Positions 36,158 through 45,844 of a DNA stretch of 64,000 nt are shown here, in pieces. The notes below the pieces were generated by a model. The model ran no database searches, was not told the origin of the DNA, and saw only the letters and a program-made list of their open reading frames with translations. The translations under genes and the position numbers were made by a program. The stretch is taken from the IMG/VR virus record IMGVR_UViG_3300042302_000394, positions 62,001 through 126,000 of that record, one strand, 5' to 3'. The number at the start of each line of letters is the position of its first letter. Within the stretch, counting starts at the first letter, position 1.

Positions 36158-36436
36158 ATGGGCGATTTCTTTAAATTAGTAGCAGAGTTAGGGTTTCCAA
36201 TAGCTGGTGCAATAGCGGCTGGCTACTTTGTTTTCCTAACATTGAAGTTTATTTTAGCTGGTGTAACATCTAGCGTCAACGGAATGGGTGGTATTATTAA
36301 AGGTCTAGACAGTCGAGTAGATACTATGACCAACCAATTACAACGTATTGATGTTAAAGTAAGTCATGCATTGGGACTACAGCCCGATTATGATCGGATT
36401 GCTCGTGCTGATCAAGTTGATCAAAGGAAAGACTAA
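36158..36436 (+). CDS. Small membrane protein with coiled-coil tail
   Basis: GFPI...GYF TM segment; paralog of 36763-37125. Confidence 0.6.
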   Translation: MGDFFKLVAELGFPIAGAIAAGYFVFLTLKFILAGVTSSVNGMGGIIKGLDSRVDTMTNQLQRIDVKVSHALGLQPDYDRIARADQVDQRKD

Positions 36437-36585
36437 TGAATAAGATTAAGCAACTGCAAACTGAACTAGCAAAAGATTTAGTAAATTTTGAACAGAGCGA
36501 GTTAACTGAAGAACAGTTAGAAATGATTGAAGAAACTTATCAGCAAGTATATCTTATTCTCGGCACAGTAGAAAGCACCTTATGA
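36436..36585 (+). CDS. Small hypothetical protein (MNKIKQLQ)
   Basis: TAATG-coupled ORF. Confidence 0.45.
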   Translation: MNKIKQLQTELAKDLVNFEQSELTEEQLEMIEETYQQVYLILGTVESTL

Positions 36586-36761
36586 AATACTTAGACTACG
36601 ACTGGGATCTTCGAAAAGATCGAATTATTCTAGACAGAGAAATTAACATAGACAAGTTAGAGTGGCGTGCTGGAGATCACTTTGAGCTTAAAAATATAGA
36701 CGGGCAAAGTCAATTAGTCAAAGTAGACCCCGTACTAAAATTTACCAAAGGGTATAAGTAA
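36582..36761 (+). CDS. Small hypothetical protein (MKYLDYDWDL)
   Basis: ATGA-coupled ORF. Confidence 0.5.
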   Translation: MKYLDYDWDLRKDRIILDREINIDKLEWRAGDHFELKNIDGQSQLVKVDPVLKFTKGYK

Positions 36762-36762
36762 T

Positions 36763-37125
36763 ATGGATATAGCAGAAATGATCAACAAATATGGTTTTCC
36801 TATTGTTGCTGCGGGCGGCATGGGATACTTTATCTATTACGTGTGGACCTGGGTAACCACAGAAATCAAACCAGTTATAGGACAAGCCAATGGAACTCTT
36901 ATTGCTCTTATTGATCGTATTCGTATGCTGGACAATGACCTTATAAGATTAAATCAAAAAGTTGAAACAGTTATGGAATTGCGTGGCAAGACAATTGAGA
37001 AAGAACGTATTGCTGCTGATGCATCTATTAACAAAGAACCTGAACCTGTTAAAGAAAAACTATCTCCAATACCTCAGAGAAAATTTACACCTCAAGAAAT
37101 TAACGACGCAGCAGCAGACGATTAA
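36763..37125 (+). CDS. Small membrane protein with coiled-coil tail
   Basis: GFPI...GYF TM segment. Confidence 0.6.
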   Translation: MDIAEMINKYGFPIVAAGGMGYFIYYVWTWVTTEIKPVIGQANGTLIALIDRIRMLDNDLIRLNQKVETVMELRGKTIEKERIAADASINKEPEPVKEKLSPIPQRKFTPQEINDAAADD

Positions 37126-37218
37126 TTTCTTTAATGTTGTCAGAGTTTCCTAAAACAAAATAAGGCCAATAATATGCCAGGATCCAAAGCCTGGCATATT
37201 CATCTAGAACATCTTCTA

Positions 37219-39282
37219 TCACTTTGATGTAGCTCTGTAGGTACCGTCCCAATCTGCGGCTAGATCTCTTGTACGCATCTCAGCAATACGCTCAATCCAT
37301 AATTCGTAATAGTGATCCATCTTGCCGTCAAACTCACCTGTAAGTTCTTGGCACAGTGTAATGGCCTTGTCCCACTGTTGTTGACGATAATATTCTAACA
37401 TTAGTTCATGATGCTCTCGAGCCATGATCCAATCTGCTGCCACAGTGGCATCTGGATTGTAAAACACTGTGAATATGTTAACGCCAATAGTCTTACCTTT
37501 AACAGCAATACAGTCTAATGGAATTGTAAAGTAATTGTCGCCTACTCGAGCCTGTGTAAACTCGCTAATGATGATCAACACACCATAGTTCTTGGTCTGT
37601 CCTTCTAGTCGAGCAGTTAAACTTACTGAGTCGCCTAGTACGTCATAACCAAATCGATCCTTACTACCAATGTTACCAATTAGTGTAGGGCCAGTGTTGA
37701 TACCCAATCCGCAACCTACTAAGGGCTTACCTTCTTTGGTAAGTTCAATATTAAACAGCTCAACAGCGTGCAACATTTCAAGACCTGTACGCACTCCTGC
37801 TAACACATGATCCGGATCTTGTTCTTCTTGAATAGGAGCACCGTGTACGTGTAATGACGCATCACCTATGAACTTGATCAAACACCCATTGTTACGCAGT
37901 ATAGGCTCCGCAATGGCAGTCATGTAACGGTTCATAGTCTGTGTAAATGCCACAACGTCATCACCGTATGTCTCACCTAGTCCCGTAAAGTTACGCATGT
38001 CGCTCATGATAACAGTTAAATCTTTCTTCTCACCACCCAGTTTGATAAAGCTAGGATCTTTTTGTAAGCGTTCAACAATAACAGGATTTACGTAACTGCC
38101 AAACTGTTTCTTAATCTGACTCTTCTGTAGGAACTCGCTTACAAACTTGATGCCATAGGCATGCAGAGCGACCAAAGTTGTGCCAACTGCAAAGGCAGTA
38201 GCATCGAATAAGAATAAAAGACTGCTGTAAGCATAGATGCTGCCAGCAATGCCACCGCCAATAATAACAACTGTCGCTGCCAATCCCGCATAGGTCCACC
38301 TCGTTAAAAATAATAGCAATATACCTGCAATTAGAATAGCTACTGTTTCTAAGTCATCTGCGTAGCCTGGACGCTGAATAGTTTTGCCGTTAAGCATTGT
38401 ACCTAATAAACTTGCCTGCATATCCTGTGGCCAAATTTCGCCGCGAGCAGTAGCTACTGGTTGAACTAATCCTGCCGCACTTAATCCCACTATAACGATT
38501 TCACCGTTGAAGTCTTTGGGCAATTTGGCAAGACTGTGTTGCTTGGGTTGCTGGCTCCAATCAATCCATACACGACTCAATGGATCTACGTTGATGCGAT
38601 TCAGTTTAGGAATACGCACTGCTTCAACCCCCATGTCTGTAATCTTAACTTGTATTTTTGTATCTCCTGCCGCAGTCCTAAGTGTTTCTAAACCGATTGC
38701 AGGATGCACAGTTTCTCCGCTTAGTATTAGCAACGGCATACGACGAACAACACCGTCTATTTCAGGAAAAGTATTTACAACACCTACACCAGCCGCACGT
38801 TCTTCTAGCATAGGAACGTTGGCGATAATACCTGGATATTCTACTAGACTACCTTCTGGGTCAACGCCTACAATTTGTACAGCACTTCCGAACGTCTTAT
38901 TCTTGCCTGTGGTGCTGGCAACCTGCGGCAGCACCACTGAATATTTTTCTAAGGCTTTGGCCAGTTGAGTATCTTGATTGAATCGATCTGATTCAGGCAT
39001 GAGGATATTGAGCACAACAAGTCCAGCGTTTCTATCATATAGGTCTTTAATAATGTCAGCATATAGTCCTCGAGGAAAAGGGAATTGTCCATACTTGTCT
39101 AATGCAGCTTCATCTATATTAACAGTATGTACAGGAATGTCTTGTTTAGGTTGGCTAATGATAAGTTGATCGAAGTATCGCAGTCTAACTGATTCAACAA
39201 ATGCAGGATCTGCAAATCTGACACCTGCTATCAATACCAATGTAATTAATGCCAACCACGGGCTTAGTAATATTTTTTTCAT
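37219..39282 (-). CDS. CHASE2-domain class III adenylate/guanylate cyclase
   Basis: VNIDE..L..YGQFPFPR, DGVVRR; SDMRNFT, KFIGDA, GDSV, VKGK. Confidence 0.9.
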   Translation of the reverse strand: MKKILLSPWLALITLVLIAGVRFADPAFVESVRLRYFDQLIISQPKQDIPVHTVNIDEAALDKYGQFPFPRGLYADIIKDLYDRNAGLVVLNILMPESDRFNQDTQLAKALEKYSVVLPQVASTTGKNKTFGSAVQIVGVDPEGSLVEYPGIIANVPMLEERAAGVGVVNTFPEIDGVVRRMPLLILSGETVHPAIGLETLRTAAGDTKIQVKITDMGVEAVRIPKLNRINVDPLSRVWIDWSQQPKQHSLAKLPKDFNGEIVIVGLSAAGLVQPVATARGEIWPQDMQASLLGTMLNGKTIQRPGYADDLETVAILIAGILLLFLTRWTYAGLAATVVIIGGGIAGSIYAYSSLLFLFDATAFAVGTTLVALHAYGIKFVSEFLQKSQIKKQFGSYVNPVIVERLQKDPSFIKLGGEKKDLTVIMSDMRNFTGLGETYGDDVVAFTQTMNRYMTAIAEPILRNNGCLIKFIGDASLHVHGAPIQEEQDPDHVLAGVRTGLEMLHAVELFNIELTKEGKPLVGCGLGINTGPTLIGNIGSKDRFGYDVLGDSVSLTARLEGQTKNYGVLIIISEFTQARVGDNYFTIPLDCIAVKGKTIGVNIFTVFYNPDATVAADWIMAREHHELMLEYYRQQQWDKAITLCQELTGEFDGKMDHYYELWIERIAEMRTRDLAADWDGTYRATSK

Positions 39283-39285
39283 ATT

Positions 39286-39573
39286 TTATTCCTCGCAGTT
39301 CCAGCGAGACAGTGCTTTGGCTTTAGGAGTTGGACGACCTTTCTCGTCCTTCATAGGGCCTTTGTTACCCGACATGCGAGCACAAAAACTCTTGCGGCGT
39401 TTAGCATCCTTGCTGCCTGCTTTTAATTTACTAGGCTTAGTAGTTACAGCAGTCTTAAGTTTGCTGCCTGGATTCTCTCTACGATAAGCATTAACAGCCT
39501 TTTGACTAAGGCCATCTGTCTTGTCTTGTTTGTTGACTTTGTTCCAGTCTTCTAAAAGTTCTTGAATCTTCAT
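39286..39573 (-). CDS. Conserved basic phage protein
   Basis: RRKSFCARMSG...SRWNC; MKIQELLE N-terminus. Confidence 0.6.
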   Translation of the reverse strand: MKIQELLEDWNKVNKQDKTDGLSQKAVNAYRRENPGSKLKTAVTTKPSKLKAGSKDAKRRKSFCARMSGNKGPMKDEKGRPTPKAKALSRWNCEE

Positions 39574-39902
39574 TTCTTAGCCTTCCCTGCTTTCATATTG
39601 GCCATCCAATGTGCTAACTGACCTTTTCGACCACCTTGCTTGGCAACCTTACGCAGTGTACTTACTGACGATTTAGTAGGAACACCGTGACGCTTGCTGT
39701 CGCCTTTGTCTTGCGGGTTCTTACCATCTGCAAAGTTTTCTTCTAAACTGTGACCACCTTCCATCATAGCATATTCTAATGCTGTAAATTTTGGAGCAGG
39801 TTTATCCGCCATTTCTGCATCAAGTTTAGCCTGTAAACTTTCTGTATAGGTCAATGGCTTCTGCGGTTTGGCAGGTTTTTTAATAAGGTCGTCGAATCGC
39901 AT
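39570..39902 (-). CDS. Hypothetical phage protein
   Basis: ORF with LEENFADGK...LAHWMANMK. Confidence 0.55.
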   Translation of the reverse strand: MRFDDLIKKPAKPQKPLTYTESLQAKLDAEMADKPAPKFTALEYAMMEGGHSLEENFADGKNPQDKGDSKRHGVPTKSSVSTLRKVAKQGGRKGQLAHWMANMKAGKAKK

Positions 39903-39921
39903 CAGTTATTTATAGCAAAAT

Positions 39922-41907
39922 TTACTTGTTTCTAATAACTGATACCGAGCAGCCTGCTGGATTTGTACAGGTCTGTTGTAGTGTGTAGGCATCTCCTACA
40001 CCTGTTTGTGTGACGCTAACAGTGTTTTTATTACCAATTAAGTTTAATAAAGTACTGTGTCCTGTGCCAGTTTGATTAACTGTTGCTGAGTTGTTGTCTC
40101 CGCTGACATTTACAATGCTTAGATTGTTGCTGCCGGCTTGTGTGTTGTTAACAGTGTTCCAATTGCCTGTTAATGTAGCATAACTTGCATTACCTGTTCC
40201 AGTCTTTTGTGTAATGTTTACAGTATTAATATCCCATGTAGTTTTTACACTAGCGGTATTGTTATTGCTCTGTTGTTGAGCAGTGACTGCATTACCATTA
40301 CCAGCACTTTCAAAATTGAATATATTGTTGTTGACATCACCACCGTTAGCAGTCTGTTGCTTAATGTCAATATTGTTGCCCCAGGCATTCATTTTAACAC
40401 CTGCAATATTACCTTGTCCGAACTGTTTTATACTCAGTATGTTGCCGTTGCCATTTAACGTTGCCCACCCGCTGTCGGTTCCTGTAATGGCATTGTTATT
40501 TCCATCTTGCTCTAATGTAACGGAATTGTTTGTGCCAGCCACAACCTGTTTGATATAAATGCTGTTGCCACTAATGTTAGGAGCGGTTCGAGAATATGTA
40601 GGAGCAGTTCCGTAAGTGGGTGTGATGGTATAGGTAGTGTTAGTAGTGCTACTTGGTGTACCGTTGCTAGTTGTAGTTGATCCGTCACTCCATGTAGTAG
40701 TAGTCACCGGTGTTGTAGTTGTTGTAGTCACTGTAGTTGTTCCTACGAACCCGTCAGTAAAGTTTCCTGTGGTAGTTGGGCGAGTAATTGTTATAGATCC
40801 AGTGCTTGAACTAGATGAACTTGTGCTAATACTGTTGCTAGTTGATGTACCAACTACCGTTGGTCCTTCGTTGGATACTGCTGCACCTGCTGTACCTGGA
40901 TTGCTAGGTGTGCCACCTGAACCTGTATCACTGCTGGTTACTCCATCATTTAAATCGTAGTAGTAGGTAACTTCAGCAATCTGCACACTATTACCGCTGT
41001 TATTTTTAATACTTGGAAACTTTATAAAGTAATAGACATAGGCGGTAGTGTTGTCCACTGTTATTTCACCACTGACACTAAATCTAGAATCAGATAAAGT
41101 CAACGGACCTTCTTTAATCAGAGTCCAGTTAACACCATCATTAGATCCGTATAGTTTATAACTTGCTGGATCTCGTTCAACTGAATCATTAGCAGTAGTA
41201 ATGGTAAACTTTTGAACTACACGACCTTGACTTAGTTTAACAGTGACACCTGCGTTCTGTTTATCAAAGTTCAAGTACTTAGTGCCAACGTTGCCGTCAA
41301 AGGCATTAGCAGCACCTTCGTTGCTGGGACTATTATAGCTGGTAGGATAGATGTTGCTGATTACAACTGGCGTGCTGTTGGTTCTAATCATTTGCCAGTT
41401 CGGTGTTGCAGGTGCCGGCTGTGCTGTTTGTCCTGCTGATAACGGTGTTGTGCTAGCAAATGTATAGTTATTTAGGTCACTGCTGGTAACACTAGTATCC
41501 ATATTAGTAAATGTAGCACTAGCACCGTAGTTATAACCTTGTGCCGTTGTAATCACATTACCAAAGAACCCAGATCCAATATAGAAGATAGCACCATTAC
41601 CTAGAGCAGTAATATCGCCGTGATCATGGACAATACTGTGTTGTGTGCCGTTGCTGTTCATCAATTTCAATCCGTGCTTCCCTGGATTAGTTGTGCTATT
41701 AAAGAACTGAAAGTATTGTCCTGCGCTAACCGTCACTGTTTGAAAGTTCTTGTTGTAAGGTGCAATAAAGTTGCTGGCATATAATGTGGTACCACTCCAG
41801 CTGTATTGTACGTCAAATATTTGATTGATGCCAAACTTGCCGTCGGTGATAGCACCAAAGGCATTTGTGCAGACTAGCAACATCATTAAAAATATTTGTC
41901 TTATCAT
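39922..41907 (-). CDS. Secreted protein: discoidin-like domain, Thr/Ser linker, curlin-like repeats
   Basis: Signal peptide; AFDGN.GTKY...TAND...RDP; repeated QxGxxN. Confidence 0.75.
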   Translation of the reverse strand: MIRQIFLMMLLVCTNAFGAITDGKFGINQIFDVQYSWSGTTLYASNFIAPYNKNFQTVTVSAGQYFQFFNSTTNPGKHGLKLMNSNGTQHSIVHDHGDITALGNGAIFYIGSGFFGNVITTAQGYNYGASATFTNMDTSVTSSDLNNYTFASTTPLSAGQTAQPAPATPNWQMIRTNSTPVVISNIYPTSYNSPSNEGAANAFDGNVGTKYLNFDKQNAGVTVKLSQGRVVQKFTITTANDSVERDPASYKLYGSNDGVNWTLIKEGPLTLSDSRFSVSGEITVDNTTAYVYYFIKFPSIKNNSGNSVQIAEVTYYYDLNDGVTSSDTGSGGTPSNPGTAGAAVSNEGPTVVGTSTSNSISTSSSSSSTGSITITRPTTTGNFTDGFVGTTTVTTTTTTPVTTTTWSDGSTTTSNGTPSSTTNTTYTITPTYGTAPTYSRTAPNISGNSIYIKQVVAGTNNSVTLEQDGNNNAITGTDSGWATLNGNGNILSIKQFGQGNIAGVKMNAWGNNIDIKQQTANGGDVNNNIFNFESAGNGNAVTAQQQSNNNTASVKTTWDINTVNITQKTGTGNASYATLTGNWNTVNNTQAGSNNLSIVNVSGDNNSATVNQTGTGHSTLLNLIGNKNTVSVTQTGVGDAYTLQQTCTNPAGCSVSVIRNK

Positions 41908-43040
41908 CTGTAGCTCTGATTAATAATGATACTGCCCTGCGGCTTGTTGAGTGATCCAGCAAAATTGAACGCATCGGTAATTCTATCTTGTGTAACTACT
42001 ACCAACACCTTGTTGTCATTAGTTAGACTTATAGCAGTAAAGTTATTTCCGTTAGCACTCAAACTCATATAGCCTATACCTAACTGATTTAAGTTTGGAT
42101 TATCGTTCTTGTAGTATCGAACCACATGCTCGTTTTCAAATGCTTTGTCTGTTACTGCAACACCTTTATCTTTTAGTTCTGTTAATAAGGATAAGGCACG
42201 GTCTTCTGCATCTCGCTCCCTAGAAGTTCGTTCTTGATTATTTTTCTGCTGATCGTTAGTCGCTTTGGCTTCTGCCGAACTAGGATCTTTGTTGTCTTTC
42301 TTGTCATCGTCACGTTTGGCATCGCCAGTTTTTTCAGCAGCAGCACGAGCAGCTTGTTGTATACCAACACCTGACATAGTATTAGGCAAACGAATCAATA
42401 AATTATTTCCAATTGCAGTATTAGCTAGATTAACTACTACAGGAATAGTAGGAGGGGTTGCCGCTGTTTCAACAATAGTTGCTTGATAAGGTTTGTCTAA
42501 TGTAATTATTTTTGATCCGCTGTCAACATCTATTCGACCACTACCGCAAACCATTCCTTTTAAGTTAATGCTTTGATTTACTTCACAGGCAGGCATTAAC
42601 ATAACAAGACTTTTACCTGTTTCATCTACTGACATTACAAAATCAGTGCCGCGAACAGCAATAGACGCAGTGGGTGTATTAATTTTTACACTGTTGGGGT
42701 TGTTGTGTGCGATATTACCAGATACATAACGTACAGTACCAGCAGCAGCCTTAAGGCTAAGTTTGCCGCCCGCAGCATTTTTAGGATCGTATACAAAATC
42801 ATCTATTACTAATGCACTGTTTTCAGTTATTTTAACAGTGGTGTTGTCTTTAAACTTGATGTTGACAACACCGTTTTTAGTTTCAACTTTATCATTGGTT
42901 TCAACTACAGTGCCTTTAGCTACGGAGACGATTGTTTTGCCACGTTTAATAACTGCGGTGCCTGAAAGATCAACGACTGATCCTATATCAGCAATCGCAG
43001 TGGTGCAAACCAACCATAGTGCAATGGCCCATAACTTCAC
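41904..43040 (-). CDS. FecR-domain protein
   Basis: Signal peptide; TPTASIAVRGTDF. Confidence 0.85.
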   Translation of the reverse strand: MKLWAIALWLVCTTAIADIGSVVDLSGTAVIKRGKTIVSVAKGTVVETNDKVETKNGVVNIKFKDNTTVKITENSALVIDDFVYDPKNAAGGKLSLKAAAGTVRYVSGNIAHNNPNSVKINTPTASIAVRGTDFVMSVDETGKSLVMLMPACEVNQSINLKGMVCGSGRIDVDSGSKIITLDKPYQATIVETAATPPTIPVVVNLANTAIGNNLLIRLPNTMSGVGIQQAARAAAEKTGDAKRDDDKKDNKDPSSAEAKATNDQQKNNQERTSRERDAEDRALSLLTELKDKGVAVTDKAFENEHVVRYYKNDNPNLNQLGIGYMSLSANGNNFTAISLTNDNKVLVVVTQDRITDAFNFAGSLNKPQGSIIINQSYR

Positions 43041-43052
43041 AGCATCCTCCGA

Positions 43053-43859
43053 TTAACGGCTCTTCTGAATGATGTTAAAAGTGCCACCTGCTGCTGTGGC
43101 TGAAATATTAGCAACGTTAGCATGGGTCCCAGTTTGACTGATGTTAAAAGTTGTTCCACCTGCACCGTTTTGTGCCAATACTAAACTGCTCATGCTTGCA
43201 CTAGATTGCAGAACGTTAACAGTGTTGTTGTCACTACTTGACAAGTTAATCAACATTTGTTGACCAGCACCGGTAGAGCTAGATTGTTCTAAGTTAAGTG
43301 TATTACCGTTGCCTGTAACATACGCTGCTGCTTGAAGTGCTGTACCATTGCCGGTATAATTTGCAGTGTTGCTGTTACCAGTGAATCTTAAATCAAGCAA
43401 TGCATTTTCATCAAGGCCAGCTTGTCCTGCACAGGTTGTTGTCAATCCACAACTTACATTGGCTGTGTTGCTGTTACCTGACTGTAGCAAGTAAACATTA
43501 GCATCACTTCCGGTGATTTTCATGGTGTTGATAATGTTATTGTTACCTGTTTGGTCAATAGTAACAACTTGATTATTACCATCTAATATCATACTGTTAA
43601 TAGCACCTGCGGCAGTAGCACCAGCACGGTTACTGTTACCGTCTTGATTGATACTGACTGTAGGTGCAGATCCAGTCTGCTCTAGATAGATAATGTTAGT
43701 TGTACTTGCACCTAATGCAGCCGTAACGCCTGCTGCAAAGCGTGTGGTACTGGCTGTAGTAATCGTGGGCGCACTGGCCTGCGTTGGTGCAGTAGGTGCT
43801 GTTTGTGCAAAAGCCGGCAGTGTTGCGGCTAATATAATTGCTAATAGTGTTTTTTTCAT
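43053..43859 (-). CDS. Curlin-like repeat protein
   Basis: Signal peptide MKKTLLAII; repeated QxGxxN. Confidence 0.75.
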   Translation of the reverse strand: MKKTLLAIILAATLPAFAQTAPTAPTQASAPTITTASTTRFAAGVTAALGASTTNIIYLEQTGSAPTVSINQDGNSNRAGATAAGAINSMILDGNNQVVTIDQTGNNNIINTMKITGSDANVYLLQSGNSNTANVSCGLTTTCAGQAGLDENALLDLRFTGNSNTANYTGNGTALQAAAYVTGNGNTLNLEQSSSTGAGQQMLINLSSSDNNTVNVLQSSASMSSLVLAQNGAGGTTFNISQTGTHANVANISATAAGGTFNIIQKSR

Positions 43860-43894
43860 TTTATTTGCTCCTGGTTTTGTTGACCGGTCTCGCT

Positions 43895-44860
43895 TTATTT
43901 TGTTGTTTGGATCCTGTTGCCTGATCCGTCGGTAGCATTCCAACTACCTTCTTCTTTACTTCCTCTAGCATTTTTTCCGTTGCTGGGCTGTACTGACGAT
44001 GCGGAAGGTGTTTGGGCGGCTCCTTCACGTGGGGCTTCCTTTTGAACCAACTCATTAGGTTTCTCCTTGAATTTCCATAGACCTAGATTTTTTCCACTTT
44101 TAACTAGCTCAATAATCCCTTGCTCAATTGCCGACCTTAGAGCATAGTTGCCTGGTTCATTAAAAGTTTGACTACTGTCAAACTCAAATGATCGCGTTCC
44201 TTGATTGTAAAATTTAACAGCAGTTGTACCGTCTTTGGTACTCAAAAGATTTTTCTCAATAGTAACACTGGTTAATATTTCTCCGGTTTGTACACTGACT
44301 AATCTCATACTGATTACCACTTGATCTTGCATATACTGTGTGTATGGGCCAATTCCTAAAACTGCAAATCCAGTTCCGCCTGTTAGTACATTACTGTTGT
44401 AGTCAATGATACCACCTTCTAGAATAACTCCAGCTAATGCCAAAGGTGGTAGCATTTTAGCATTAGCTCCGTCGTATATCTCACGAGTCTGTTTAATCAT
44501 CTGACGTTCTTTTAATAGGTTGTCAAGATTAACACGTTCTACTACAGTAAACCATTGACGATTACCTGCTTCTTGTAAACTCTTGATTAGATAACTTTCG
44601 GCACCTTGTGTTACTGCGGTTGAGAATAAACTCAGCGTGGTGCTGTTTTTTCTCTGTCCAGTCATGTCTTTAAATCCGTAAACTGCCACTGCAATCTTAG
44701 GACCGTCTGGCGCAGGTAGTGTATCAATTTCTTTTTGTATAGTCTCTGTTACTTTTGGTATGTCTCCAATACCTACTTTGCCAAAAGGTCTAACTACGGA
44801 TGCACACCCCATCAATACTGCTGTTGCAAGAACAATAGTTGATAATTTAAATATTCTCAT
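43895..44860 (-). CDS. csgG: Curli secretion channel CsgG family lipoprotein
   Basis: Lipobox LMGC; VAVYGFKDMTGQRK, STAVTQG, VERVNLDNLLKERQ. Confidence 0.9.
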   Translation of the reverse strand: MRIFKLSTIVLATAVLMGCASVVRPFGKVGIGDIPKVTETIQKEIDTLPAPDGPKIAVAVYGFKDMTGQRKNSTTLSLFSTAVTQGAESYLIKSLQEAGNRQWFTVVERVNLDNLLKERQMIKQTREIYDGANAKMLPPLALAGVILEGGIIDYNSNVLTGGTGFAVLGIGPYTQYMQDQVVISMRLVSVQTGEILTSVTIEKNLLSTKDGTTAVKFYNQGTRSFEFDSSQTFNEPGNYALRSAIEQGIIELVKSGKNLGLWKFKEKPNELVQKEAPREGAAQTPSASSVQPSNGKNARGSKEEGSWNATDGSGNRIQTTK

Positions 44861-44870
44861 CCATCGCTCC

Positions 44871-45359
44871 TTAAAAATTAAAACTAGATACTGGCACAGT
44901 GATAGTCTGTGTCGGACTTGCATTTGGAACAAATTTCTTGTCAACGATTTTTCCATCAAAAACATTCAGCGTAACATTATTCTCTAATTTAGTCCAGACA
45001 ATTTTTTGTGTTTCAGTTACCATAAACTCACCTTTAGAACAATTTGATCCAGTACATTCTTTAAACAGATTGTTAGTTAACTGTGTAGCCAATTGACTGT
45101 ATACTTGTCCTGTAAACAGATTCATAAATCTAGCCAACGGTGTATTTGCTGCGGCCGCTTCTGCTGCGGCTCTTTCTCCAGCCTCTCTTGACGCTTTACT
45201 GGCCTGTGCGCTCTGTCGCATTTGCTCCATAGTCAGCACTTGGCTGGCCCACCCTTGACCGCTAAAGGTAGGATTGTTGAATTGGTGTACCAATTCTGCA
45301 TTTGCAGTAGCAAGTCCTAGTGTAAGACATACTCCTAACGCTATTTTAATTTTCTTCAT
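44871..45359 (-). CDS. csgF: Curli assembly component CsgF family
   Basis: Signal then ELVHQFNNPTFSG. Confidence 0.75.
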   Translation of the reverse strand: MKKIKIALGVCLTLGLATANAELVHQFNNPTFSGQGWASQVLTMEQMRQSAQASKASREAGERAAAEAAAANTPLARFMNLFTGQVYSQLATQLTNNLFKECTGSNCSKGEFMVTETQKIVWTKLENNVTLNVFDGKIVDKKFVPNASPTQTITVPVSSFNF

Positions 45360-45438
45360 TGCTCGCTCCGATGTCCTTACATATATTTAAGGGCATTTGG
45401 AGAGCGATTATATACGCAGTTTTGTTGGGTTTAACAAT

Positions 45439-45807
45439 TCAAACTAACAAAAACCATATCATCCATATGTATGTGACTTGATGTGCTAGCTGGTCTAGAC
45501 CGAACTGTGTCCAGAAGATAGGTTTAGTGTTGTCTTTGCTACCATACTTTACCTTGCTGTAATCCACAAGATAGTGAACAATACCTTCAATTAGAGTAAC
45601 AAATATTATAGCAAACGCACCAACAGGAACAAAGAAACTGAAAATAAGCATTGCTATTAAAGTACAATACATATGATCTGTTGTATGACTAATTCCCGTG
45701 GGGTCCATCCACACACCTTTTTTAACGGTCTGTTGATAAGTCTGCAGGACAAAATCAGCATAACAATGCTTGATCTGCAAAAGAAGGAGTATTGAGAGCA
45801 GTTCCAT
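45439..45807 (-). CDS. DUF3307-like membrane protein
   Basis: KH..ADFVLQ...HYLVD...GLDQLAH. Confidence 0.7.
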   Translation of the reverse strand: MELLSILLLLQIKHCYADFVLQTYQQTVKKGVWMDPTGISHTTDHMYCTLIAMLIFSFFVPVGAFAIIFVTLIEGIVHYLVDYSKVKYGSKDNTKPIFWTQFGLDQLAHQVTYIWMIWFLLV

Positions 45808-45844
45808 CGTTAAGTATTTAGTATATACTTAACGACAGGAATAA

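Noticed and set aside
40630-40870. Low-complexity GTAGTT/GTTGTA runs as a DNA repeat
   Set aside because: Explained by the Thr/Ser-rich linker of the minus-strand protein
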